From a virus (Duplodnaviria; Heunggongvirae; Uroviricota; Caudoviricetes), in IMG/VR virus record IMGVR_UViG_3300035492_000044, positions 1-46,178 of that record: 46,178 nt of DNA. One strand, 5' to 3'. The notes beneath the pieces are model-generated. The model worked only from the letters and a program-made list of their open reading frames with translations. It made no database searches and had not been told where the DNA came from. The translations under genes were made by a program, and so were the position numbers. Below, piece by piece: positions 36,590 to 45,160 of this stretch (position 1 is the stretch's first letter; every line of letters starts with the position of its first letter).

Positions 36590-38090
36590 CTGAATCTCCT
36601 GAGACTTTCACGATAGAGTTACTATACTGCGAACCAATAGATGCGAGCGAGTTCTTCACGTTCTCTGCGAAGCTATTAACATCTATCTTATAAGCAGCAT
36701 CTGGACCTAAGAATGAAGCAAGATTATCAAAAAGCTCTTTGATAGCATTAGTAGACGAGATTATCAAATCCTGAGATTCAAGATTTTCTAGTTCGTCAGT
36801 GTTAATGTTATTCTTGAGCTGGATTTTGATATCAGAGAAAGCCACTTCCTTTTCAGGATATCTCTTGCTAATATGGAGCAAGCAGAGATTGACTAAAGTC
36901 TTGGCTATATTCTTCTGAATTCTCTTAATCTTCTTGGCATACCTGATGTTACTCTTCAGGTTATCCTTGGAGGACTTCTCCCCGAGGAATACATCAGTTG
37001 GCACACTAAGAGTATTTAGAGTCTTTTCTAGGCTTCGATCCAGAGCCTCTGTATCTACTGTTCTATCCTCCGATCCTGTATCAATCGGAGAAGGAACTGC
37101 TCTATCACCTGCAATAGGAATAACTTTTACGTTAGCTATATCCTGAAGAGTGAATTCGGGGTTGTCCAAACTATTGAGCTTGGCTGTACCACCATTGATC
37201 AGTTCATCGTATTTCTTGACAATCGCGATAAGATTATTCGGATCATAGATATCCGGGACAGGAACACCTACAATCTTCGGAGACAATACCGAGGCCATAT
37301 TCTTGTATAGCCCGACCTTCTCCATGAGAAGAGTCTCTTTAATCTTATCTACAGCCCCCCATACGAAAGACTTAGATTGCTTGACTTTAAATCCACTAGT
37401 TATGATAGTCTTGAGATCTTCTGGAAGCTTAGACTTAAACTGAGTAAGGACTTTAGTCGGTAACTCTAGCTTGATATGCTCAAGGTCAAGAGAGAAGTAC
37501 ACGATTTCAGTGATCGATGCATAGTTGAACTTGACTCTCTTAGAGTAGTCAACCCATCCGTAGTTATCTGGAGCCGACCCATGTCTGCCTTCTGAAATGA
37601 AGTAGAACAGAGGGAAGTTATCCAGAGAAGTTACAGCGATAACCTCGGACGGATGATATTCATCAACTAATCCAACTAAACCTTCCTCATCATCAAGAAT
37701 AGGCTTAAGTGGATATGACCCATGGTGAAGCAGTTCTGGGAAGATAGAAGCAATCATATCGGCGATGTTAAGATCGTCGAATAGATCAATCAACTCTTGC
37801 TGCAGATCTGGATCATTGGGAACTTCGATCTTGATGTAATCGTTGTAGCCAGACGATACGAAAACGTCATTAGAGACGACATCATAGATGCCATTAACAA
37901 TGTAGTTGTTGCGGATCTTCTGAAGTTCATTGTAGTACTTCGCTCTATCAGCGACCTTTGACTCAAGCGTACTTGACACTTGTTCAACTATTGAGAGCAA
38001 TAGGTTCTGGTGTCTGAACTCGGAAGTCTTATTCAGAGCATCGACCAGAGCCTTTGATGATTGCTCTTGTGATGTTTGATTCTCAGACAT
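36528..38090 (-). CDS. Portal protein (gp20-like)
   Basis: 520 aa between terminase and prohead genes; L.VP.D.F.G...., IRYAKKIKRIQ. Confidence 0.85.
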   Translation of the reverse strand: MSENQTSQEQSSKALVDALNKTSEFRHQNLLLSIVEQVSSTLESKVADRAKYYNELQKIRNNYIVNGIYDVVSNDVFVSSGYNDYIKIEVPNDPDLQQELIDLFDDLNIADMIASIFPELLHHGSYPLKPILDDEEGLVGLVDEYHPSEVIAVTSLDNFPLFYFISEGRHGSAPDNYGWVDYSKRVKFNYASITEIVYFSLDLEHIKLELPTKVLTQFKSKLPEDLKTIITSGFKVKQSKSFVWGAVDKIKETLLMEKVGLYKNMASVLSPKIVGVPVPDIYDPNNLIAIVKKYDELINGGTAKLNSLDNPEFTLQDIANVKVIPIAGDRAVPSPIDTGSEDRTVDTEALDRSLEKTLNTLSVPTDVFLGEKSSKDNLKSNIRYAKKIKRIQKNIAKTLVNLCLLHISKRYPEKEVAFSDIKIQLKNNINTDELENLESQDLIISSTNAIKELFDNLASFLGPDAAYKIDVNSFAENVKNSLASIGSQYSNSIVKVSGDSDEKPEVKEFVPATSEDAPDQ

Positions 38091-38098
38091 GACTACCC

Positions 38099-39910
38099 CT
38101 AATTCTTAAATAGGAGGGCTTTGAATTTATCTTCGCCTCCCCTAGTATCTAACTGGAGGAGAGCATCCAGCGATGACTTAAGGTTATTGCTATCCACCAT
38201 AGTGGAAACCTTATGAAGATTCTGGGAACATGCCCAAATACTACCAGTAACGGCGTCGGATAAGTCCTTACTTCCATCACATGGGTGATCATACTTGGGT
38301 CCAATATCTTCTAGCTCGCGGAATTCTCGGGCCAGTTTATCTATATTGGGTAATGACAGACGTCCTTCAAACAGAGCATTTCGAACTGTATCATACGGAT
38401 CTTTAGTTCGATCCACAGATATAAGTGCAGTCTCAACCTTACGAAGCAGGAGATCCTGACGTAGGTTGCTCGACTGATATCCGTCAGTGGAGACCATCTT
38501 GATATTATAACCAAGCTGTCTAGCTTCTAGGATAAAGTTCTTGATCTTGTAGATCGCCACTTCGTGACCAGGAACAGATGTGATTTCCATTACCCACTCA
38601 GTTACGAACCGAGGCTCACGGTTTACAATAACACTCCCCGATATAGGATCATACATGGGAATGTCACTATAGCCGTCTAGGTAGGAACTAGCTATACCAG
38701 TTGAGTCATGCTTTAGACCCAAGTCAATGTGGATGAATCTAGGTTTGTTAGATAGGAAAGCCAATCTCTTAATATCGATGTAATTCAGAAGTTTCTGATT
38801 CTCATCGAAGAAGTCAAGAACAATGACATTCTTAGTAACCGGGTTGATATGATCAAATGCCCTCATCAGGACTTCGTTCGAACTAATGAACGAAGATGTA
38901 CTGAAGGTAGACACACCGGCCAGGTCTCGGAGAGACTTGACTATGTTAAACCTGAATTCTTGCTCATGTTCTACAGGAACATCGATTATACGTTCTGGCT
39001 TGAGGTTATTAGTAACCGCTTCGTCAGTATCTTCTTCGAAGATGAAAGGATCTCGGTCCTGGTCACCAGCATAGACTTTGAACATCTTGCCGGAGTAGGC
39101 ACCCATATGCCACTTAGCTTGCCAGTGAGCATATCTGAAGAGAAGATAATCGTTGATTCCCTTGTTTCTCTTGGTTTCAAGTCGAACATCAATGAACGAC
39201 TTAACACCTTTGTTGGAAGAGTCGAGTATAAGATGACCAATTAGGTCTCTACCCTTACCTCCAAAACGAGAGTTCATACGAGTGTAGATCGTGTCAAAGT
39301 TATCTTCAGCCTGACCACCGACAATTGTCATGTCGTTGATTTCAGAGAAGATAGCCCCAACAGTAGCTTGACCTAGAGCATCCTTACCACGAGAACCGAA
39401 TCCTATATCTAGGTTCTTGATAAACAGAGTTCGTTTATCCTTAGCGATCTTCTCCTTGAAGAAGGGAGAGTTCTCGAACCATTCAATAAGTTCAGTATAG
39501 AGTACGTCGAATGACAGACCCTTAGTGGCGTTCATAAGCATATAGCGAATGACGGTAGTTTCCATCAAGCTATAGTACTTACGAGGATTTTCAAGACAAA
39601 GTAGCTTACACATGTCGTAGGCTACAATTATCTTGGCAAATGTCGATTTACCTAGACCGATACCACCTGTCAGGTAGACTTCGGTAGCTGCGGTATGATA
39701 AGGAGTTGGATACAGCTTTCTAGCTGCCTCTCTCCAAATAGGGTAAACTGTATCACCGAGAATCTTTCCTAGATAGTACGGATCCTCGATGAATGTATCG
39801 ATATCTGGAACACGCTCCTCATACCCTGATAATCTGGCCAGGTTATGCATGAGCTCTGTCTTGTCATGATTCTGGGTCAGATTGTCGAGAATAGCAGAAA
39901 CATTATCCAT
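38099..39910 (-). CDS. terL: Terminase large subunit
   Basis: Walker A GGIGLGKS; coupling region LDSS; RNase H-like HIDLG, STDGYQS, DHP..GSKDLSDA. Confidence 0.95.
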   Translation of the reverse strand: MDNVSAILDNLTQNHDKTELMHNLARLSGYEERVPDIDTFIEDPYYLGKILGDTVYPIWREAARKLYPTPYHTAATEVYLTGGIGLGKSTFAKIIVAYDMCKLLCLENPRKYYSLMETTVIRYMLMNATKGLSFDVLYTELIEWFENSPFFKEKIAKDKRTLFIKNLDIGFGSRGKDALGQATVGAIFSEINDMTIVGGQAEDNFDTIYTRMNSRFGGKGRDLIGHLILDSSNKGVKSFIDVRLETKRNKGINDYLLFRYAHWQAKWHMGAYSGKMFKVYAGDQDRDPFIFEEDTDEAVTNNLKPERIIDVPVEHEQEFRFNIVKSLRDLAGVSTFSTSSFISSNEVLMRAFDHINPVTKNVIVLDFFDENQKLLNYIDIKRLAFLSNKPRFIHIDLGLKHDSTGIASSYLDGYSDIPMYDPISGSVIVNREPRFVTEWVMEITSVPGHEVAIYKIKNFILEARQLGYNIKMVSTDGYQSSNLRQDLLLRKVETALISVDRTKDPYDTVRNALFEGRLSLPNIDKLAREFRELEDIGPKYDHPCDGSKDLSDAVTGSIWACSQNLHKVSTMVDSNNLKSSLDALLQLDTRGGEDKFKALLFKN

Positions 39911-40370
39911 TTAATCTCCCACCCAGCTCTTTGAGTAGATGGCTAGCCATATCACGAAGATCCCGGCTATTCTGAGAGGATTCACCATCAGCACCACCAG
40001 CAAGTGTCTCTTGAAGACGAGGCAGAATAGACTGCATCTTAATCTCAACACCGGTCCAGTCAGTGCTATTGACAGTACCTTTAATGAAGTTAGTGCAAGT
40101 CCCGATTGTACTAAGAGCGAGTTGGTACGTCTCTATCTTATCTCTCGGCGACAAGTGTGCAATAATTTCAGGGTCGAAGATATCTTCTTCGAGCTTCTCT
40201 AGGATGGCAGTAAGTCTTTTGACTCTACTACCCTGAATCTCGGCCAGGCCTAGCAGGAGAACACTCAAGCCTACTTCTTTGATTTGAAGTGCTGCTATAT
40301 TGAGTTCAGCTGCTGCATCCTTCTTAGATTCAGCTAGAGCTAATCCCTTATCTAAAGTATCTTGGGACAT
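39903..40370 (-). CDS. terS: Probable terminase small subunit, 155 aa
   Basis: Helical protein directly upstream of terL; ATG at 40370 with an AAGGAGG RBS. Confidence 0.6.
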   Translation of the reverse strand: MSQDTLDKGLALAESKKDAAAELNIAALQIKEVGLSVLLLGLAEIQGSRVKRLTAILEKLEEDIFDPEIIAHLSPRDKIETYQLALSTIGTCTNFIKGTVNSTDWTGVEIKMQSILPRLQETLAGGADGESSQNSRDLRDMASHLLKELGGRLNG

Positions 40371-40765
40371 CAATATGTCCTCCTTGGGGAACGTGCGCAC
40401 CGCTTTGCACCTGCGCCTTACAAGGTAATAAAAACCACATCTAAAACACCCCTGCAAGCTTCTGCAAGGCGTCTGGAGACGCTCTGGAGTTATTTTCAAA
40501 GTAACTACCCCAATTTCTAATTTACAGAGGTGCCACAAGGCTCGCAGGACCTCTAACACGCCCGTTTTTGAAAATGCAAACTATTTTTCTGTTTCTGAGT
40601 GGAATCCCGACGTTTTCATGTCTCCAAACCCTGTTGGGGTGGAGGGCGGGCGTAGTGCTCCAAGTTACTTAATACTACTACTAACACTACTAGGAAGAGA
40701 GGAAAGAAGAGGATAGAAGAGTAGGTGAAGAGTAGATACAGTACACTAATCAATGAGGAATAGAT
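40371..40765. promoter_or_regulatory. Divergent control region between the late and replication operons
   Basis: Largest non-coding gap; A/T tracts, phased repeats, a near-palindrome and the 31-bp repeat. Confidence 0.7.
40626..40656 (+). repeat. 31-bp direct repeat, copy 2
   Basis: Identical to 749-779. Confidence 0.95.
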
Positions 40766-41086
40766 ATGAAGACTGCACTTATTACTGAACATCTCCGTGA
40801 ACTATCGAAACTGTATGGTCGCGTAGATGAGACACATCGTTGTAGCTCCTTTCATAATGCTGCTCATAACATAGATGAGTCTGGCATAGAAGAGGTAGAG
40901 TCCTCCAAGGACTATGCCGGGATTCGTGGTGTAGGGCCAAGTACATGCTCCGTGATCGACGAATTCATCAAGACTGGCAGCAGTACTAGATTCAAGGAGC
41001 TCAATGAAAGACTGACGGATGTTGAGACATCCGAGCAGAAATTGTCAGCTGCGCTCGATGTACTGAAGAAGTTCAAGAAGCCATGA
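40766..41086 (+). CDS. Stand-alone DNA polymerase X N-terminal 8-kDa / HhH domain protein
   Basis: R..SF.NAA..I...GIRGVGPSTCSVIDEFIKTG aligns by eye with Pol beta PGVGTKIAEKIDEFLATG. Confidence 0.78.
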   Translation: MKTALITEHLRELSKLYGRVDETHRCSSFHNAAHNIDESGIEEVESSKDYAGIRGVGPSTCSVIDEFIKTGSSTRFKELNERLTDVETSEQKLSAALDVLKKFKKP

Positions 41087-41619
41087 TAGATAAAACATTC
41101 TTCGTAAATGTTACTGATCCTCTGGCTAAGTATATGCCAAAGTCATCTGAACCTGCTAGTCAGACTCAGACCGTATTCAACATATGGAAGCTGAAGCTGA
41201 TTAATGAGTTCAAGATAAACTTCTATCAGTTTCAGCATTCTCTATATATCCTGGCAATCGCTGGAGATGATGTAGTATATGGGGTCTGGGATGTAAAGGA
41301 TAATATTGGATACTTGTTCTACAAGCCGTTCAAGATATCTCCGAGTATCAACATCCCAGACGACATAACTAAGCACATTCCAGAACACCACATGTCTCTC
41401 GGTAACCAGGACATATTCGATGTAAATACAAGATCAGAACATCTTAAGAGCATCGAGTATGAAGCCAGGCAAATTCTTCAGAAGATGTCAATATCCCCCG
41501 AACACCGTGGCAAGACTCCTACTGAGATGGTAGTTAGATCTATCCAGCTGGCATCTGAGTTTGATAAGCAGTTCAAGGATTTCTCTGATCTGCATAACTC
41601 AAATAGAGCCGACGGTTAG
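41083..41619 (+). CDS. Hypothetical protein, 178 aa
   Basis: ATGA overlap with the upstream gene; no motif recognised. Confidence 0.7.
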   Translation: MIDKTFFVNVTDPLAKYMPKSSEPASQTQTVFNIWKLKLINEFKINFYQFQHSLYILAIAGDDVVYGVWDVKDNIGYLFYKPFKISPSINIPDDITKHIPEHHMSLGNQDIFDVNTRSEHLKSIEYEARQILQKMSISPEHRGKTPTEMVVRSIQLASEFDKQFKDFSDLHNSNRADG

Positions 41620-41663
41620 TTACGTCCAGACCCTGTTAGGGTAAGGCCGAATTGGAGATTCTC

Positions 41664-43229
41664 ATGATTAGTATTGAGTTTAGAGCTCTACCGGGATTTG
41701 AAGTGGGGATAGTTTGTCAAGATCCCGTCACCATTTCCTTACTAGATTCGTATTGCACATCGATCCGGACGGATATGGTGTATGATTGGAAGTCTAAGAA
41801 GAGACTTCCGAAGCAGGTTACTACTAAGTACCTGAAGCTGGGAGGTGGTAATACTCTGGCTATCGCTAAGCGAGGTCTGGCATTCCATCTCTACACTAAG
41901 CTTATGCATGAAGAGATTCCACTTACACATAAGGTAAGTATTTCTCTTGATGAGAAGCTGACTCGACTCTGGATAAACCCAGTAAAGATCCCTCTCATAG
42001 ATAAATGGCGTGAGATATTCACTAATCACCCCAAGGGTCCTGAGAGAGGAGCGATGCAGATCGAGGATTTTGATACGATTACCTCTTCTAGTAGTGGAAT
42101 CGTATCCCTCTTTACTGGCTATGGTAAGACGGAACTTAATCTAGCTATCGCCGAGTCCTTCATGGAAATGGATGAGGAATCCAATATCCTCATCTTCGTA
42201 TTTGCTAATAAAGTAGCAGAAGAGATTGTACTGCGAGCTCAGAAGTATGGGGTTAATATTCCCAAGAACTTCAGTACTGACTCGAGAGTTAACGTAATTA
42301 ATCCAAGTGGGTTCAGTCGTACGGTAGCCTACCGTGATAAAGACCCTAAATTGATGGCCTGGCTGAAGAAAGTCAACATCATCCTTCCAGATGAAGGTCA
42401 TCATCTTTCTGCATCAACATGGCAAGATATTATTGCTACGTGTGACCCTGATTATGTATATCCGTTTACTGCATCTGGTGATGTTGAGAATGGTGACAGC
42501 ATAAATAAGGACACGATCGACTTCGTCAATAACCCAGACCAGATGATTTCTGTAGTTTCCATCGCAGGATATGATCTAGTCTGCCGAGAACTTCCTGTTC
42601 CAATTGACCTTGTTATTGTTGACAGCAACATTATGACTGAAGCTCAAGCTCAGCATATAGTTAATAAGTACCCCAACAGTCTCGGGAAAATGGTGAATGA
42701 TTTCATCACCTATCCAGAGGTAGGGTACATGTTAGCCGAGATATATAAGAAGGTGATTGAAAAAGACATCTGTTATATATCTGTGTTTACTGTTGAATCT
42801 GGGTGGAAGCTATGTGAGGCTCTCAACTCTAAGGGAGTACGTACCGTATTCTGGAGTGCAGAGCTAGCACTAATCCCAGGCGGCAATAATACTACAGCAG
42901 AAGCTAATGAGATGCTTACTCTGGAGGAGCTTAAGGCTCTAGCTAGAGAAGGTGCATTCGACGTACTTATTACAACATCAGTCGGAGTTGAGGGTATTGA
43001 TATTCCCAATCTCTCAAGCGTATGTCCTCTTACTGGGAAGTCATTCAGAATGACTGTTCAGCCAGTAGGTCGAGCCGCACGATCTGATGCTGTTATTTGT
43101 ATTCTTATCTTCGACCGGAATAACCGAGTCCTCATGAGTCAAATGAAGATGAAGATGAAAAGGATCAAGGATAAGCTGCAGGTAGTTAGGACCAGGAAAT
43201 TCAAATGGGATGGTTCTAGATTAACATGA
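41664..43229 (+). CDS. SF2 DNA helicase (UvsW-like)
   Basis: Motif I TGYGKT, II DEGHH, III FTAS, V GVEGIDIP, VI QPVGRAAR; ATG at 41664 with a GGAG RBS. Confidence 0.88.
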   Translation: MISIEFRALPGFEVGIVCQDPVTISLLDSYCTSIRTDMVYDWKSKKRLPKQVTTKYLKLGGGNTLAIAKRGLAFHLYTKLMHEEIPLTHKVSISLDEKLTRLWINPVKIPLIDKWREIFTNHPKGPERGAMQIEDFDTITSSSSGIVSLFTGYGKTELNLAIAESFMEMDEESNILIFVFANKVAEEIVLRAQKYGVNIPKNFSTDSRVNVINPSGFSRTVAYRDKDPKLMAWLKKVNIILPDEGHHLSASTWQDIIATCDPDYVYPFTASGDVENGDSINKDTIDFVNNPDQMISVVSIAGYDLVCRELPVPIDLVIVDSNIMTEAQAQHIVNKYPNSLGKMVNDFITYPEVGYMLAEIYKKVIEKDICYISVFTVESGWKLCEALNSKGVRTVFWSAELALIPGGNNTTAEANEMLTLEELKALAREGAFDVLITTSVGVEGIDIPNLSSVCPLTGKSFRMTVQPVGRAARSDAVICILIFDRNNRVLMSQMKMKMKRIKDKLQVVRTRKFKWDGSRLT

Positions 43230-43239
43230 GGAATATACT

Positions 43240-44475
43240 GTGTCAGAGTTAACACACATAGCGTCTCTATTCAACAAGACAGTTCATGAGAATCTGGCAT
43301 CAGTTCTCGCAGATTATCCGTGGGAATCTGACGTAGCTAAGGCTCTATCAAATGAGTTCAGGAATCAGTTTCCTAGCTTATCTGAGCCTCTGCTTCGATC
43401 CTATTTAGCTGACAAGCTAATCTCTCAGGAGATTCAGGTCTTCGTTGACCAAGTAGAAGCATTCCGTAATGTAGAAGACCCGAGTGAGATAAGTCAAATC
43501 ACCAAGAGTGTCTTTCACTATTACATGGTACGTAGGGCTCATGCTATTATTAGTAACACAATGGAAGATGTTCCGTTGATGCTAAGAAAGCTTCGTGAGA
43601 TTCCTGAAGTTCTATCTGGAACTATCAAGCCACAAGCTCTGGGTGACATGGACCCAGCTAAAGTACGTGAAGAAGATATTGGTGGTGAAGACGGAGTTAT
43701 CCCAACTAACTTCAAGATCATCAAGCAATCAACTCCGTACAATGGGTACCTACCGGGTCAAGTAGTGCAATGGGTAGCACCTCCAGGTGTAGGTAAGTCT
43801 GCAGCAATGCTCTATGAAGTCTGTGGAATGACTGTAGCTGGATTCAGCGTTCTATGGGTAGCCCTAGGTGACCTAGTACGTTATGACTTCATCTCTCGTT
43901 ATACTGCAGTCGTAACCCAGGTTCCATTCTTCGATGTTGCAGTCAAGCCAGAGAAGTACTTCAATGAAGAAGTAAAGACAGTAGCCAAGAATCTGGATAT
44001 TGTCACCGTTCCATCCAAGACTATCTCCGCTCAAGAGGTACTAGAGTACCTCGAGAACTGTGGCAAGAGATATGATGTTGTGGTGCTGGACTATGACTCC
44101 AACTTCAAGGTCCAGTCCGACAATATGTACGAAGCTGGTGGTGAAGTATATGACGTTGCCACTCAGATGGCACGTCCTCAGTCCCAGAAAGCTCGACTAG
44201 TGTTTATTGCATCTCAGCCTAAGATTCATTTCTGGGATAAGGAAGAGCTCCCTGAAGAGTCAGCTGGTGAATCAGCTCGTAAGCAGCACATCATTGACAT
44301 GATGATCACCCTAGGCCGTAGTCAAAGCCAGCATCAATGCGGTATTATGGCTATACCGAAAGTTCGTCGTGGTACTCCTAATAAGAAGACTCCATATCAA
44401 GTTACCAACTACGGTCACTTCAAGGAGATCACCATTCAGGAGCATGCTATGTTGAAGACATTTGGCGGTAAGTGA
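43240..44475 (+). CDS. DnaB-like replicative helicase (gp41-like)
   Basis: Walker A APPGVGKS, Walker B VVVLDY, ASQ, ESARKQHIIDMMITL, K.R.G. Confidence 0.85.
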   Translation: MSELTHIASLFNKTVHENLASVLADYPWESDVAKALSNEFRNQFPSLSEPLLRSYLADKLISQEIQVFVDQVEAFRNVEDPSEISQITKSVFHYYMVRRAHAIISNTMEDVPLMLRKLREIPEVLSGTIKPQALGDMDPAKVREEDIGGEDGVIPTNFKIIKQSTPYNGYLPGQVVQWVAPPGVGKSAAMLYEVCGMTVAGFSVLWVALGDLVRYDFISRYTAVVTQVPFFDVAVKPEKYFNEEVKTVAKNLDIVTVPSKTISAQEVLEYLENCGKRYDVVVLDYDSNFKVQSDNMYEAGGEVYDVATQMARPQSQKARLVFIASQPKIHFWDKEELPEESAGESARKQHIIDMMITLGRSQSQHQCGIMAIPKVRRGTPNKKTPYQVTNYGHFKEITIQEHAMLKTFGGK

Positions 44476-44918
44476 TGGATATTCATAAGTATATAATTAC
44501 TTATCCTGGGGTTATACCTAGCCTCAATGATATGTACAAGATAGGCCGAGGTAGAGGAGGGAGGACTTGGCTCTTCCTCAATCCTGAGGTTGATGACTAT
44601 AAGTCTAAAGTCAAGGCCGACATGATTAAGCAGGGTGTCAGTGACGCCTTTGCAAAGTACAAGGATATGGATGTAGCTCTCGAGCTGGAGGTCCTCTGTG
44701 TATTCAAGCAGAACTTCTGGAGACGTGACGTTACGAATACAGTGAAAGCCACTGAAGATGCCGTATCTGAAGTCATTCAAATAAATGATAACAGGAACAT
44801 TCGTCTATCGTCCCAGAAGATCCTTAATGATCGGGATGATAAGGAGTACCTGATTATCGTTATCAAGGTTATACCTAACCCTCCAGAATCGCTATATCTC
44901 TGGAGCAAACTGGCATGA
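44472..44918 (+). CDS. rusA: RusA-like Holliday junction resolvase
   Basis: PSLN.MY, RRDVTNTVKATED, IND. Confidence 0.8.
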   Translation: MMDIHKYIITYPGVIPSLNDMYKIGRGRGGRTWLFLNPEVDDYKSKVKADMIKQGVSDAFAKYKDMDVALELEVLCVFKQNFWRRDVTNTVKATEDAVSEVIQINDNRNIRLSSQKILNDRDDKEYLIIVIKVIPNPPESLYLWSKLA

Positions 44919-45160
44919 AGATACCGGAGAGTAGGCTTGAGGCTCTCCTTGGAAACTCAGATCTGGTTCTGATGACTTACATGACATTATCCTCTCTTCC
45001 TATAGGGGGAGAGGTAAATGCAAGATACGGTAAGATAAGACGTATCTCAGATACAGATTTCAAGATTGAGATAAATGCCTCTATCCTGAGTAAGAATCTG
45101 GATTCAGTTATCAAGTCAGAGTCTCCAAAGGAGTCAATCTCCAAGCTATTTGAGACATGA
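44915..45160 (+). CDS. Hypothetical protein, 81 aa
   Basis: ATGA overlaps on both sides. Confidence 0.65.
   Translation: MKIPESRLEALLGNSDLVLMTYMTLSSLPIGGEVNARYGKIRRISDTDFKIEINASILSKNLDSVIKSESPKESISKLFET

Noticed and set aside
40371-40559. 63-aa N-terminal extension of the terS ORF in the track
   Set aside because: Runs through the A/T-tract control region; a strong AAGGAGG RBS sits at ATG 40370
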